From the NCBI GenBank assembly GCA_003345545.1, contig PRDH01000039.1, forward strand, positions 32,001 through 96,000: a stretch of DNA of 64,000 bases, given 5' to 3'. The position numbers were made by a program, and so were the translations under genes. Position 1 is the first letter of the stretch; every line of letters begins with the position of its first letter. The notes beneath the pieces are model-generated. The model had not been told where the DNA came from. It saw only the letters and a program-made list of their open reading frames with translations, and ran no database searches. The DNA is from Candidatus Thorarchaeota archaeon. Lineage in GTDB: Archaea; Asgardarchaeota; Thorarchaeia; Thorarchaeales; Thorarchaeaceae. Positions 30,441 to 40,522 of this stretch are shown here, piece by piece.

Positions 30441-30547
30441 GTTGGCACGCGGTCCCCCTCTTAACTGTGATTCTGATTGCTAATACTTGAAACATCAAAA
30501 ACCGTCAGACTATTATTGCGTCTAGCTCAACCTGTGTGCGTTGAAAG

Positions 30548-31657
30548 ATGCTCGGAGAGTCATTATACAAGTCGAGACTGGAACAAATCCAGAAGCAATT
30601 GGAGACAACCGGTGCGGATTTCGCACTTCTGACTCCTGCAGCCAATTTCCAATATATTACTGGATACACATATCACATGAGAGAGCGTCTAGTGGCTCTT
30701 GTCATTCCGAAAGGTGCCGAACCTGAGCTTGTTGTTCCAGCTTTTGAGGCGTCTGATCACTCCTCGCACACCTGGGTCAAGGAAATAAGATCCTGGACGG
30801 AGGATGAAAATCCATACCTGATGATAGCAGATGCCATTGGAAAAGGTGGCAATGCCTCCACAGTCATGCTTGATGACAGTCTTCCTCTGGGTGTCTATTG
30901 GTCACTGGAGAAGGCCTTTGGCGGCTTCAAGAAGGCATTGTCGATTACACCTGCGATTGACGCTTTGCGAATCTCGAAATCCGAGGATGAGGTTGCTTTG
31001 ATGCGAAAGGCAGGCCACATCATTGACGAGGCGATGATGAAGGCTTTCAGAGAGGCTCAGATTGGGATGACTGAGGTGCAGGTTAGTCAGATAGTGCAAG
31101 AAGAGATTCTTCGTCAGGGTGCTGCTCCCAGTTTTAGTGCTGTACTTTTTGGAAGAAATAGCGCCCTGCCTCACGCGGACTCGAGCTCGAGAGAGCTGAG
31201 GCGAGGAGATGTTGTCCTGATGGACTGCGGCTGCTCCACTGATGGATACAACACTGACATGACTCGCGTTGGAGTCGCAGGAAGACCATCGCCTGAGATG
31301 GAACAAATCTACTCTATCGTGCGGAAAGCCGAAGAAACTGCGATTGAGAGTATATGTTCCGGAATGGTCTGTGGCATAGCAGATGGAATTGCTAGACGTA
31401 TCATAGAGGCGGCAGGATACGGTGACTACTTCACTCATCGTCTAGGTCATGGGATTGGACTTGAGGTCCATGAACCCCCCTATCTTGTCCGCGGTAGTTC
31501 TTCAGTGTTGGGACTGGGAATGTGCCACAGCGTTGAACCTGGCGTCTACTTCGAGGGCAAGTTCGGCATGCGAGTAGAAGACCTTGTATGCATCCATCAA
31601 GATGGGCTTGAGGTCATAACCTATTCCCCCAAGGAATTGATCACAATGAGCCTCTGA
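30548..31657 (+). CDS. Xaa-Pro peptidase (M24B)
   Basis: creatinase-type N-domain; ALPH, DCG..GYNTDMTR, HRLGHGIGLEVHE, VEPG, RVED. Confidence 0.93.
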   Translation: MLGESLYKSRLEQIQKQLETTGADFALLTPAANFQYITGYTYHMRERLVALVIPKGAEPELVVPAFEASDHSSHTWVKEIRSWTEDENPYLMIADAIGKGGNASTVMLDDSLPLGVYWSLEKAFGGFKKALSITPAIDALRISKSEDEVALMRKAGHIIDEAMMKAFREAQIGMTEVQVSQIVQEEILRQGAAPSFSAVLFGRNSALPHADSSSRELRRGDVVLMDCGCSTDGYNTDMTRVGVAGRPSPEMEQIYSIVRKAEETAIESICSGMVCGIADGIARRIIEAAGYGDYFTHRLGHGIGLEVHEPPYLVRGSSSVLGLGMCHSVEPGVYFEGKFGMRVEDLVCIHQDGLEVITYSPKELITMSL

Positions 31658-31660
31658 CGA

Positions 31661-32284
31661 TTAGTCATGGGTTTCACTATCAGATGGTGATGGATGGTCC
31701 TTGGGACCCTGCGACGAGTCCTCGCCAGTTTCCTTCTTTTCTTCTTCTGAACGTTTCTTCATGGCTTCAGCAGACTGTCTAATGAGTTCAGCCATTATGA
31801 CGGAGTAGACTGCTGGAAGTGCAGCGTCTGTTTCGGTCCTCTCCCTGAACTCCTGTTCGGCCAGGTCTCTCGCCTCTTGGAGAACCTCCTTGCTGACCTC
31901 TCCCTGTCCAACGCCGGGGCAGTCCTTGCTACTCAGATAGTATTTCTCTCCGTTGTACTCAAGCGGATAAGTTCGGCATGAGATGGGTCTTGAGTATCTG
32001 ATTTCACAGCCATTGGCTTTTTCATTGAAGAAGATGCAGCATGTGCTCTCCACCGCTCCCTCCAGTGGTTTTCGCGCTGTTTCCAAAGACATAGGATCTT
32101 CCCCACTCTCAGGCAATGTCAGTGACATGCCTGGTAGGATGTTCATGAGATACCCCTGCGCAGTCCATCTGCCCAGATCTCCTAGAGTGACGTATACATG
32201 GGGTCGGGTATGACAGGCTCTTGTCGTACATTTTTGTTCGAGGCATTTGAAGTTGTACTTAGACTTCTCAGACATCTTCATCAC
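31661..32284 (-). CDS. YkgJ-family cysteine-cluster protein
   Basis: FKC....C....C, CCIF......C......RPISCRTYP, CPG. Confidence 0.8.
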   Translation of the reverse strand: MMKMSEKSKYNFKCLEQKCTTRACHTRPHVYVTLGDLGRWTAQGYLMNILPGMSLTLPESGEDPMSLETARKPLEGAVESTCCIFFNEKANGCEIRYSRPISCRTYPLEYNGEKYYLSSKDCPGVGQGEVSKEVLQEARDLAEQEFRERTETDAALPAVYSVIMAELIRQSAEAMKKRSEEEKKETGEDSSQGPKDHPSPSDSETHD

Positions 32285-32448
32285 CGAGACTCGGTATCCT
32301 GTCCTTGTCGTTATTATGAAGACTTTAATGTTTTCGAAATAGCTAAAACATCTTCAATTCCTTCCTCTGTCGGCAGGTTTTTGTATAGCCAAAAGGCGGG
32401 TGATGCTCGCCTCAAAGATAACATCTGTCTTGATTCGGAGTACTCAAA

Positions 32449-32712
32449 ATGGCTCAGAACTCATGCTACGACAATGATATCCAGAACGTCTTGATGAAGT
32501 CTGACATCTCTTCCAAAAATCTATCGCAGGAAGATGCCGAAACCAAATTAGTTCAATACGGTCCGAGTGAGCTCGTGAATGCTGATGCGTTCAATCCTCC
32601 GATGATGTTTCCGGAGCCATTCAGGAGGCCTATGGCTATGCTCTCTATGATATCTGCTGTGGCCGCACTTGGGGCACGAACTAAGGGTTTGCGAAACAGC
32701 GGAGGCGACTGA
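32449..32712 (+). pseudogene. degenerate fragment of a P-type ATPase N-terminal (Cation_ATPase_N) domain
   Basis: NLSQEDAETKLVQYGPSEL..F.EPF..PM..L..ISA parallels GLNQDEAAARLEQHGTNEI..FIRQF of the next gene. Confidence 0.55.
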
Positions 32713-35477
32713 TGATGACCGAGTCGTGGCACACACTGGAAACTGAAATGGTCCTTAATGTATTGGACAGCTCCCACGAGGGCCTCAACCAGGATGAAGC
32801 GGCAGCCCGCCTTGAGCAACATGGAACAAATGAAATCATGATTGCACAGAGAGGTTCCGCAATCCGGATGTTCATTAGACAGTTTTCAAACATCCTCACA
32901 ATTATTCTTCTCGTGGCTGTTGTAGTCTCTTTTGTCGTAGGAGAAGCGGTAGATGCTGCTCTCATTATGGTCATTGTGCTCTTTTCGGCATTGCTTGGCT
33001 TTTCTCAAGAGTATCGTGCTGAGAAGGCTTTAGATGCTCTACGGCGGATGCTTACTCCCACTTCGGTCGTGCTCAGAGATGGACGACCTGTGGCAGTGGC
33101 AAGCAAGGAGATTGTACCAGGAGACATCTTAATTCTGAAGGAAGGAGATCGACTTACTGCTGATGGTCGCGTGCTAGAGTCTATCAATTTGAAAATAAGT
33201 GAGGCGGCAATTACTGGGGAGTCTGTTCCTGTACAAAAAAGCGCTTCACTTCTTCCTGAAGATACACCGCTCGGTGACAGACGCAACATGGTGCTCTCGG
33301 GCACCGATGTCATCTACGGGAAAGGAACTGCTGTCGTTGTGGCAACGGGCTTGAACACTGAATTCGGAAAGATTGCAAGTCAGGTCGCCACTGTGAAGAA
33401 GGAAAGCACTCCTCTTGAGAAGCGAACGAGAGAGATCGGCTTTTGGTTGGGGACTATTTCGCTGTCAGTGTGTGGCATAGTCATCGCCATTGGTCTTCTC
33501 AGGGAGTTTTTCATTAGGGGTTTCATTGAAACTACTTTCGCTGTCCAGATGCTATTGTTCGGAATCGCACTTGCTGTGGCAGCAGTCCCGGAAGCATTGC
33601 CTGGTGTTGTTACCGGAAGCCTCACAATAGGAATGCAGCGCATGGCTCGTCAGAATGCATTGGTCAGAAGAATGGCGGCAGTAGAAACACTGGGATGCAC
33701 TAGCGTTATCTGCTCGGACAAGACTGGCACGATAACTCATGGGGAGATGACGGTCAGAGAGGTGTACCTCCATGGTGCCACTCTTAGCGTCAAAGGTGAA
33801 GGATATGACCCCGTGGGTGAAATCGTTCCAACAGATTCGGATGAATCAATCCTAAAGCAAGACCGATTCCGCATGTTGATGGAAGCCTGTGTTCTCTGCA
33901 ATGATGCACGGCTTGAACAGGCTGATGGTCGCTGGAAAGTGCTGGGTGACCCCACTGAGGGTTCCTTGATTGTTCTGGCAGAAAAGGCCGGAATCAATGC
34001 CGAACTCCTTAGGTCTCAGCATCCGCGTATTGGTGAGGTTCCATTCAGTTCAGACAGAAAAAGGATGAGTACCTTGCACTCAACTGCGATCGGCACTACT
34101 CTGGTGTTCACCAAGGGCGCTGCTGAGGTTGTCTTGGACAAATGCAGCCACGTTGCTGGTGATAGTGGTCACGAGCAGATGACGCCTGCCATACGAGACG
34201 CCATACTTGAGAAGACCTCCGACATGGCAGCTCGAGCTCTTCGGGTCTTAGCTCTTGGCTACTGTGAAACTGGTCTTCTTGATATGACAGACGAGGATGC
34301 TGTAGAGCACAACCTGACTTTCCTCGGTCTTGTCGGAATGATTGATCCGTCAAGGAAAGATGCAATTGACGCGATTGGGATATGCAAGTCTGTGGGCATC
34401 CGCCCAATTATGATAACAGGTGACCATAAGCTGACCGCAGTCGCTATCGCAAATGAGGTTGGAATTCGCCAGCCAAATGACCTAGTCCTGACAGATACGG
34501 AATTGCAGGAGCTTTCTGACCCGGACTATATGAATCTCGTTGATAAGGTCACTGTCTATGCGCGCGTGTCGCCATCGAGCAAACTCAAAATTGTCCAGGC
34601 TTGGAAGCGACGTAACGAAGTGGTAGCAATGACCGGCGATGGAGTCAACGATGCACCTGCGTTGAAGCAGGCTGACATAGGTGTCGCCATGGGAATCACT
34701 GGCACCGACGTCACGAAGGAGGCTGCCGACCTTGTGCTGGCTGATGACAATTTCGCGACCATCCAGAAGGCAGTCGAACTCGGCCGATGGATATATGACA
34801 ACATCAAGAAGTACCTTGCCTATCTGCTGAGAGCTAATCTCATCGAGATTATAGTCTTGTCAGCTGTCGTCCTCATCGGTTATCCATTGCCGTTACTTCC
34901 TGTTCAGGTGCTCTACATCAACCTTGTCACAGATGGACTTCCCGCCATTGCACTCGGGCTGAGTCCCCCCGATGCAGACATCATGAAGAGACCGCCAAGA
35001 AATCCAAATGAGAGCATATTCTCCAGGGATGTCAAGCAGTTCTATGTCATCACTATACTCATTCAGGTTCCCTTATTCCTGTTCGCCTTCATGAGTACGG
35101 CTCCCCTTGGAGTCGCCGTTGATGATCCTTCAATGGTAGCAGCACGTACGCTCCTATTTTACCTGTTCGTGTTCTGCGAGCTGACTCTGGCTCTCACATG
35201 TCGGTCGCTGAAATACACTATCTGGGAGGCACGACCTCACAGACTACTTGTAGGCTCTATCGTTTTCAACATAATTCTGACCGTAGGACTCTTTGGCTTT
35301 GTCCCTGGTGCGGCAGAAGCCTTTGGTATTGTCCCGCTGAGTTTGATGGGCATAGAGATAATCATCGGCGCTTGCCTAATATCACTCTTGGCCATTGAGG
35401 GACTAAAGCTAATAACTCGCAGGAATAACAACAACAACACAAATCGACTCAACACGATGATGACGATAGATCGGTGA
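32712..35477 (+). CDS. P-type cation-transporting ATPase, type IIA (Ca2+-like)
   Basis: TGES, PEAL, DKTGT, KGAAE, MITGD, MTGDGVNDAPALK, INLVTDG. Confidence 0.95.
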   Translation: MMTESWHTLETEMVLNVLDSSHEGLNQDEAAARLEQHGTNEIMIAQRGSAIRMFIRQFSNILTIILLVAVVVSFVVGEAVDAALIMVIVLFSALLGFSQEYRAEKALDALRRMLTPTSVVLRDGRPVAVASKEIVPGDILILKEGDRLTADGRVLESINLKISEAAITGESVPVQKSASLLPEDTPLGDRRNMVLSGTDVIYGKGTAVVVATGLNTEFGKIASQVATVKKESTPLEKRTREIGFWLGTISLSVCGIVIAIGLLREFFIRGFIETTFAVQMLLFGIALAVAAVPEALPGVVTGSLTIGMQRMARQNALVRRMAAVETLGCTSVICSDKTGTITHGEMTVREVYLHGATLSVKGEGYDPVGEIVPTDSDESILKQDRFRMLMEACVLCNDARLEQADGRWKVLGDPTEGSLIVLAEKAGINAELLRSQHPRIGEVPFSSDRKRMSTLHSTAIGTTLVFTKGAAEVVLDKCSHVAGDSGHEQMTPAIRDAILEKTSDMAARALRVLALGYCETGLLDMTDEDAVEHNLTFLGLVGMIDPSRKDAIDAIGICKSVGIRPIMITGDHKLTAVAIANEVGIRQPNDLVLTDTELQELSDPDYMNLVDKVTVYARVSPSSKLKIVQAWKRRNEVVAMTGDGVNDAPALKQADIGVAMGITGTDVTKEAADLVLADDNFATIQKAVELGRWIYDNIKKYLAYLLRANLIEIIVLSAVVLIGYPLPLLPVQVLYINLVTDGLPAIALGLSPPDADIMKRPPRNPNESIFSRDVKQFYVITILIQVPLFLFAFMSTAPLGVAVDDPSMVAARTLLFYLFVFCELTLALTCRSLKYTIWEARPHRLLVGSIVFNIILTVGLFGFVPGAAEAFGIVPLSLMGIEIIIGACLISLLAIEGLKLITRRNNNNNTNRLNTMMTIDR

Positions 35478-35520
35478 GTTCATAGCACCATACTCAACTG
35501 ACAGGAGAAGATTAGAGGCA

Positions 35521-36363
35521 CTATGAGGGCAACCTTTTCTCCAGCCACGCTGCCAAATCAGCCATGACTTGGTCCTTTTCAGGCTCGACATGAAGCTCGT
35601 GATAGAGGCCCTCATAGAGTTTCCATGTCTTGTCCTTCGAGGATAGCCTATCGAAGAATACCTTGTTTTTGTTCGGGTCAGTGGCTTTGTCAAGACCTGC
35701 CTGCTGAAGCAGAACGGGGAGTGTAATTAGTGATGCAGAATTGAATGCATCTTCTGATGCTCTGAGACCTTCAATGCCAAACCTCGCTGTGACTCTCTCG
35801 AATCTCAAGGGGTCAGTCTCATGATCTCTTATCACACTGGGGTTCCTGCTCAAATCACTGTAGTTCAGATTGCTGTCGAAGTATTTTTTGATATTCAGGA
35901 TAGAGAGAAGATGCCCCGCAAGACGCTTGCCGGTGCCAATACCAAGTGTCTGACTGACTGCTGGCACTTGAAGTATGAGGCCATCGATGTCTCGAGGATA
36001 CTTGGCTGCATACCTGACTGCGTTGACTCCTCCGAGCGATGACCCGAACAGGAATGCAGTTCTGTTGAGGTATCGGTCCTTGGCTTGCATTATCAGATTC
36101 TGAATGTCTTCGACATATTCATCGAAGTTCATGACATGCCCTTTCAAAGCAGAATAGTGCCCAAAGCCACGCATATCCGGTATGAAGACAGCGATTCCCT
36201 GTTCTGCAAAATACTCCCCAATGTTCTTGAAGTCACCAGCATGACTACCCAGCCCGTGGATGACTATCAGAAGAGCCCTCGGGTTGTCATTGTCAGGACG
36301 CCATACCGCCAGGAACATACTTGTCCCGTCATATCCGCTGTACTTCGTTTCCTCGTACTGCAT
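35521..36363 (-). CDS. alpha/beta hydrolase (monoacylglycerol lipase/lysophospholipase-like)
   Basis: IHGLGSH, DMRGFG, GSSLGG nucleophile elbow, YHELHVEP. Confidence 0.9.
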   Translation of the reverse strand: MQYEETKYSGYDGTSMFLAVWRPDNDNPRALLIVIHGLGSHAGDFKNIGEYFAEQGIAVFIPDMRGFGHYSALKGHVMNFDEYVEDIQNLIMQAKDRYLNRTAFLFGSSLGGVNAVRYAAKYPRDIDGLILQVPAVSQTLGIGTGKRLAGHLLSILNIKKYFDSNLNYSDLSRNPSVIRDHETDPLRFERVTARFGIEGLRASEDAFNSASLITLPVLLQQAGLDKATDPNKNKVFFDRLSSKDKTWKLYEGLYHELHVEPEKDQVMADLAAWLEKRLPS

Positions 36364-36456
36364 GACTACCACTGTTCGCTTGTGGTGACTCTCCACTATT
36401 TATCTTAGTGCGATGAGAGGAGAAACATGACCCTGAGTGTCACCTCAGTCATCAGA

Positions 36457-37338
36457 CTAGAATCTCATCGGTTTTGGCTCATCGCCTGAATAGTCATAGA
36501 AGCCTCTTCCAGATTTTCGACCCAGCCATCCTGCTCTGACCATCTTCCGTAGTAATGCCGGTGCCCTGTACTTACTATCTTTGAACTCATCGACAAAGTA
36601 GTCACTGATGTAGAGTGCTGTATCGAGACCAACGAAGTCGAGCAATGTCAACGGACCCATGGGCCAGTTAAGACCCAGTTTAACCGCCAAATCCATGTCT
36701 TCTACGGTGGCCACACGTTCTTGAATGGCAAAGACTGCCTCATTGAGTGCTGGTACCAGTACCCTGTTGACAGCAAAACCTGGCGCCTCGTTGACTATCA
36801 CGGTCTTCTTTCCGGCCTTGTGGGATACATCCTCGATTACTTTCACAGTGGCCTCCGCAGTTGCCTGCCCCTTTATGATCTCTACGAGACCCATAACTGG
36901 AACCGGATTGAAGAAGTGCATTCCTATGAATTTCTCAGGTCTCTTTGTGACTGCGGCCATCTGGGTGATACTGATGCTGGAGGTATTCGAAGCGAGTATG
37001 GCACGTTCGGGTGCTGCTCCATCGACTTCCTTCCAGGTGTCTAGTTTCAGCTTGACAACCTCAGGAATTGCCTCGATAACTAGATCAGCATCCTTCACTG
37101 CGCTCTTTAAATCGAGAACACCTTTTACCCGTCCCAAGATTGCATCTGCTTCGTCTTGACTCATCTTGCCCTTGGAAACCCCACGATCAAGATTCTTCTT
37201 GATTGTTGCTAGTCCATTATCTACGAATTTCTGTTCAATATCTCGCATTTTGACCTCATAGCCAGCTTGTGCGCAGACATGGGCTATTCCATTTCCCATC
37301 TGTCCGGCGCCTAACACTGCAATCTTTTTGATTTCCAT
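36457..37338 (-). CDS. hbd: 3-hydroxybutyryl-CoA/3-hydroxyacyl-CoA dehydrogenase
   Basis: GAGQMGNGIA, ASNTSS, GMHFFNP, PMGPL..LDFVGLD, GRKSGRGFY. Confidence 0.92.
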   Translation of the reverse strand: MEIKKIAVLGAGQMGNGIAHVCAQAGYEVKMRDIEQKFVDNGLATIKKNLDRGVSKGKMSQDEADAILGRVKGVLDLKSAVKDADLVIEAIPEVVKLKLDTWKEVDGAAPERAILASNTSSISITQMAAVTKRPEKFIGMHFFNPVPVMGLVEIIKGQATAEATVKVIEDVSHKAGKKTVIVNEAPGFAVNRVLVPALNEAVFAIQERVATVEDMDLAVKLGLNWPMGPLTLLDFVGLDTALYISDYFVDEFKDSKYRAPALLRKMVRAGWLGRKSGRGFYDYSGDEPKPMRF

Positions 37339-37456
37339 GATATCACCTCGTAGTACGAATACGAAACGCCACTCGTTCGATGCTGCCACTAAATATGTCT
37401 ATTGATAGAAGGCTGGAATCCAGCAAGAAGTGAACTCACGAGAGTGCAATGGACGT

Positions 37457-38086
37457 TCATATTCTCTCATACCTGAATGCACAGCGCTTGTCACCTGACG
37501 CAATGGTTTCCTTGCGGGTGAATCTTATCCAGGTGTCGACGACGCTAGCAAGAATGCCATCATACTCGCAAAGGATTGGCCCCAATTCAGGTCTCCCTGC
37601 TTCTCGCAGGATATCAAAGTAGAAACATCTCTGAATATCAAATCCGAATTCTTTGTCGTTCTTGTGGACCTCAATTAGCTTGAAGAACTCATTTTCATAG
37701 TTTGCCTTGTTTCCACTTCGGACCCATTCTGTGAAAGCATTCCATGGGTCTTTGCTCTGCTTGAAACCGGCTGCTTCCGTTTCAAAGAAACCCAGCAACA
37801 TCTCTCTATAGATTGCAAGAACTGACTTCCTCAGTTGCGAATACGATGCTTTGCCTTCTCTGAGTACATCATCGACGGCCATGACAAAGAGCGAGTTGAT
37901 GCCGTGCCTCTTTGCCAATGGATTAGGCATCATCTGGCTGTAGTTGTTATAGTGTATCCTGAACTGCCTATCATACAGCTTATGCAGAGCTTCTCCTCTC
38001 TGCTGGCCAAAGAGTCTGGTGAACTCCTTTCCTGCCAAATCGGAAAAATAACCAATGAGTTGTTGAGATTGAGATACCTCGGTCAT
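37457..38086 (-). CDS. L-2-amino-thiazoline-4-carboxylic acid hydrolase-like protein
   Basis: DIQRCFY, PELGPILCEYD, RKETIASGDKRCAF. Confidence 0.8.
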   Translation of the reverse strand: MTEVSQSQQLIGYFSDLAGKEFTRLFGQQRGEALHKLYDRQFRIHYNNYSQMMPNPLAKRHGINSLFVMAVDDVLREGKASYSQLRKSVLAIYREMLLGFFETEAAGFKQSKDPWNAFTEWVRSGNKANYENEFFKLIEVHKNDKEFGFDIQRCFYFDILREAGRPELGPILCEYDGILASVVDTWIRFTRKETIASGDKRCAFRYERI

Positions 38087-38879
38087 CGTCTTCCGTCTTC
38101 TTTGCGGTTGTTAAAGGAGTTTGGGATACTTGCATGTTTCTCTCGGATATCACTCTTGCCGTGAGTGGTCACCATGTGGTCAGATTCGTGGTCAGTCCAG
38201 CTCAGAAGGGGCATATCTTGTGACCACTCCACGATGGGTTGTGAATCATTATGACTAGGGACAGTCAAACACGCAATCGTAACTTGAAATACGGATATCA
38301 TAGGTACGTTCAAATCGCTGACGCACTGGCCCACGCCTTTGCCTATAGAAGGTGAGTGAATTTTCGGTGACGAAATGGCAGAGAGCGCCCCAACTGCATT
38401 CCCGATCAGTGATTGCTGACACATACTTTAGAAAGCAGTCCATCACGGCAGTATCCAGCTCTGCTCCCTTCAAATGTGTCCTCGGAATGGTCTATGCAAA
38501 ACACTCAATATTTCAAATAGTATATGAAGCAAATTCTTGCGTACTGGAAAATGTTTATAATAAACCGTTCACAGATTTTGGTTTGTCAGTCAAACCTTAT
38601 ATGCATCCGAAGCACAGCGAATGCGCGACCGATATCGGCGTCGCAAGACGTTTCCGAATAGTCTTGGTGTTTCACTTGCACATGCATCAAATGAATCTTC
38701 TATCTGCAAAGTGGTCCCGGTCGAGCGGCCTTGGGACCGCTGCCCTAAAATGGAGTGTTGACAGAGATGAAACTCACTGTTGCTGACCAATGGCATGGCT
38801 CACGAGCCATAACACAACTAGGATTTGCATTGAAGAAACTTCTTCTCAGGAAGACGCATACCCGCAGGAGCAAGGAAAT

Positions 38880-40418
38880 ATGGGTCTATTAAAATCGTTT
38901 CTCGGTCTGCCAGAGGCGACAGACAAAGTCTTGCACTTGGCAAAAATCATGGCCATCCTCGGACCTCTCGCCAATTTCACTTTCGTGCTCTCCACGACAT
39001 TCTATGTGATTTTTGTTGCAGAGGCTCTTGGCGGCGGCTCCGGTATGTACCTTCAAGGTATGGGTCTTGTTGGAACTCTTGTAGTTGTTCAGATGGTTGT
39101 TCAGACGATGCTGGACTACCCGACGGGTGCAATCGGAGATTGGATTGGTCAGAGATGGATCATTGCATCATCCTGCATATGCTTTGCTGTGTCCTTCATC
39201 ATGCTTTCTTTTGTTACCACTTCAACACCATTCCTGTACTTGGTTGTGGTCTACCTTCTAGCTGGAATTGCGGCGTCTCAGCAGAGCGGCGCTTTCAGCG
39301 CCTGGTTCGACAACAACTACCGTGTAGCGATGCCTGGTGACTCCGATCGGAAGCAGTATGGTGTATTCTTGGGTCGCACGGGCATGGTAATGCAAATCGT
39401 TGCGACTGCGTCCTTGATTCCTGGGAGTATTCTTGCTGTGTTATTCTCAAGACCTTGGGTATTCCAGTTTCAAGGTGTTCTTGCCCTAGTCTTGGCTTTG
39501 ATTTCATTCCGTCTGGTCAGAGACTTTCCAGAGGTCGAAGCGCAGCGAATTGAGCGACCAGATATGGGCGAGTACATTTCGATATTGAAGGGCGGCGTGA
39601 GTTTTCTCTTCAGATATCCCTTTGTGAGGTATATCGTTATGGGAGGCATGCTTGCTACGAGCAGCATAATGGTGTGGGGCAATCTAATCCTCTTTCCGAT
39701 GTACTATCTATATCTTATCACAGATGTTGCTGTGGCTAGTTTCAGGACGCTCCTCTTTTTGCCAGGCATTCTTGCACAGGAACGTTCTGGCATTTGGTCT
39801 CGAAGATTTCAGCCAAAGAAATGGATTCCACGTTTCCGATTTATGGAAACCTGTGGATTTGTCTTCTTCTGGCTATTTGCGACGATCATGTATCTCTTCC
39901 CACCCGTCGCTGGTGAGTCTTCCAACATCATCTCAATCTATTGGCCGTTCACAGGGATTCAGCTGTTGACCCTTCCTCTTGAGAATCTCCTGCCAATCGT
40001 TCTGATTTTCACTATATTCGTCACTACGAGCTTCTTCGGCGGCTTTGCGGATGTCTTGACCCAGAGAGTGCTATTAGACGTGATTCCAAATCGCATTCGG
40101 AATAGCATGTATTCACTCTATCCAACCATCGCCACAATCTTCGCGATTCCTCAAATCGCTCTCTTCGGATGGCTAATCATGATCATTGGCTTTCCGTTGA
40201 CTCTGGCTGGTTGCGGTATAGTATCCCTTGTAGGCGTCATTATGATAGTACATGGTTTTAGACATGAGCCTCCAGAGCGCGAGGAAGCTACATGGTCCGA
40301 TAGAGGCCCGGCACTAGACCAATCAACAGGTGCCACAACTCGGGATGAAGTAGAGGTCGAATCAGAGCTACTTGATACAATTGAGCAGTTGCTCGACGAT
40401 AAACCCCCCAAAGACTAG
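38880..40418 (+). CDS. MFS transporter
   Basis: DYPTGAIGDWIGQR, SQQSGAFSAW; about 12 TM helices; ATG 38880 most plausible. Confidence 0.88.
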   Translation: MGLLKSFLGLPEATDKVLHLAKIMAILGPLANFTFVLSTTFYVIFVAEALGGGSGMYLQGMGLVGTLVVVQMVVQTMLDYPTGAIGDWIGQRWIIASSCICFAVSFIMLSFVTTSTPFLYLVVVYLLAGIAASQQSGAFSAWFDNNYRVAMPGDSDRKQYGVFLGRTGMVMQIVATASLIPGSILAVLFSRPWVFQFQGVLALVLALISFRLVRDFPEVEAQRIERPDMGEYISILKGGVSFLFRYPFVRYIVMGGMLATSSIMVWGNLILFPMYYLYLITDVAVASFRTLLFLPGILAQERSGIWSRRFQPKKWIPRFRFMETCGFVFFWLFATIMYLFPPVAGESSNIISIYWPFTGIQLLTLPLENLLPIVLIFTIFVTTSFFGGFADVLTQRVLLDVIPNRIRNSMYSLYPTIATIFAIPQIALFGWLIMIIGFPLTLAGCGIVSLVGVIMIVHGFRHEPPEREEATWSDRGPALDQSTGATTRDEVEVESELLDTIEQLLDDKPPKD

Positions 40419-40522
40419 GATGGGCAGAACCACCACTCAGATGGCTCCTCTCTTTTGCCTGTATCATCTCAACAGAGTAAAGTTAATAGACGCCTGCGTG
40501 AAATCTCGCTAGGTGTTCTAAT

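Noticed and set aside
35424-35445. (AAC)n run encoding poly-Asn at the ATPase C-terminus
   Set aside because: Short in-frame microsatellite in a variable tail, with no evidence of phase variation.
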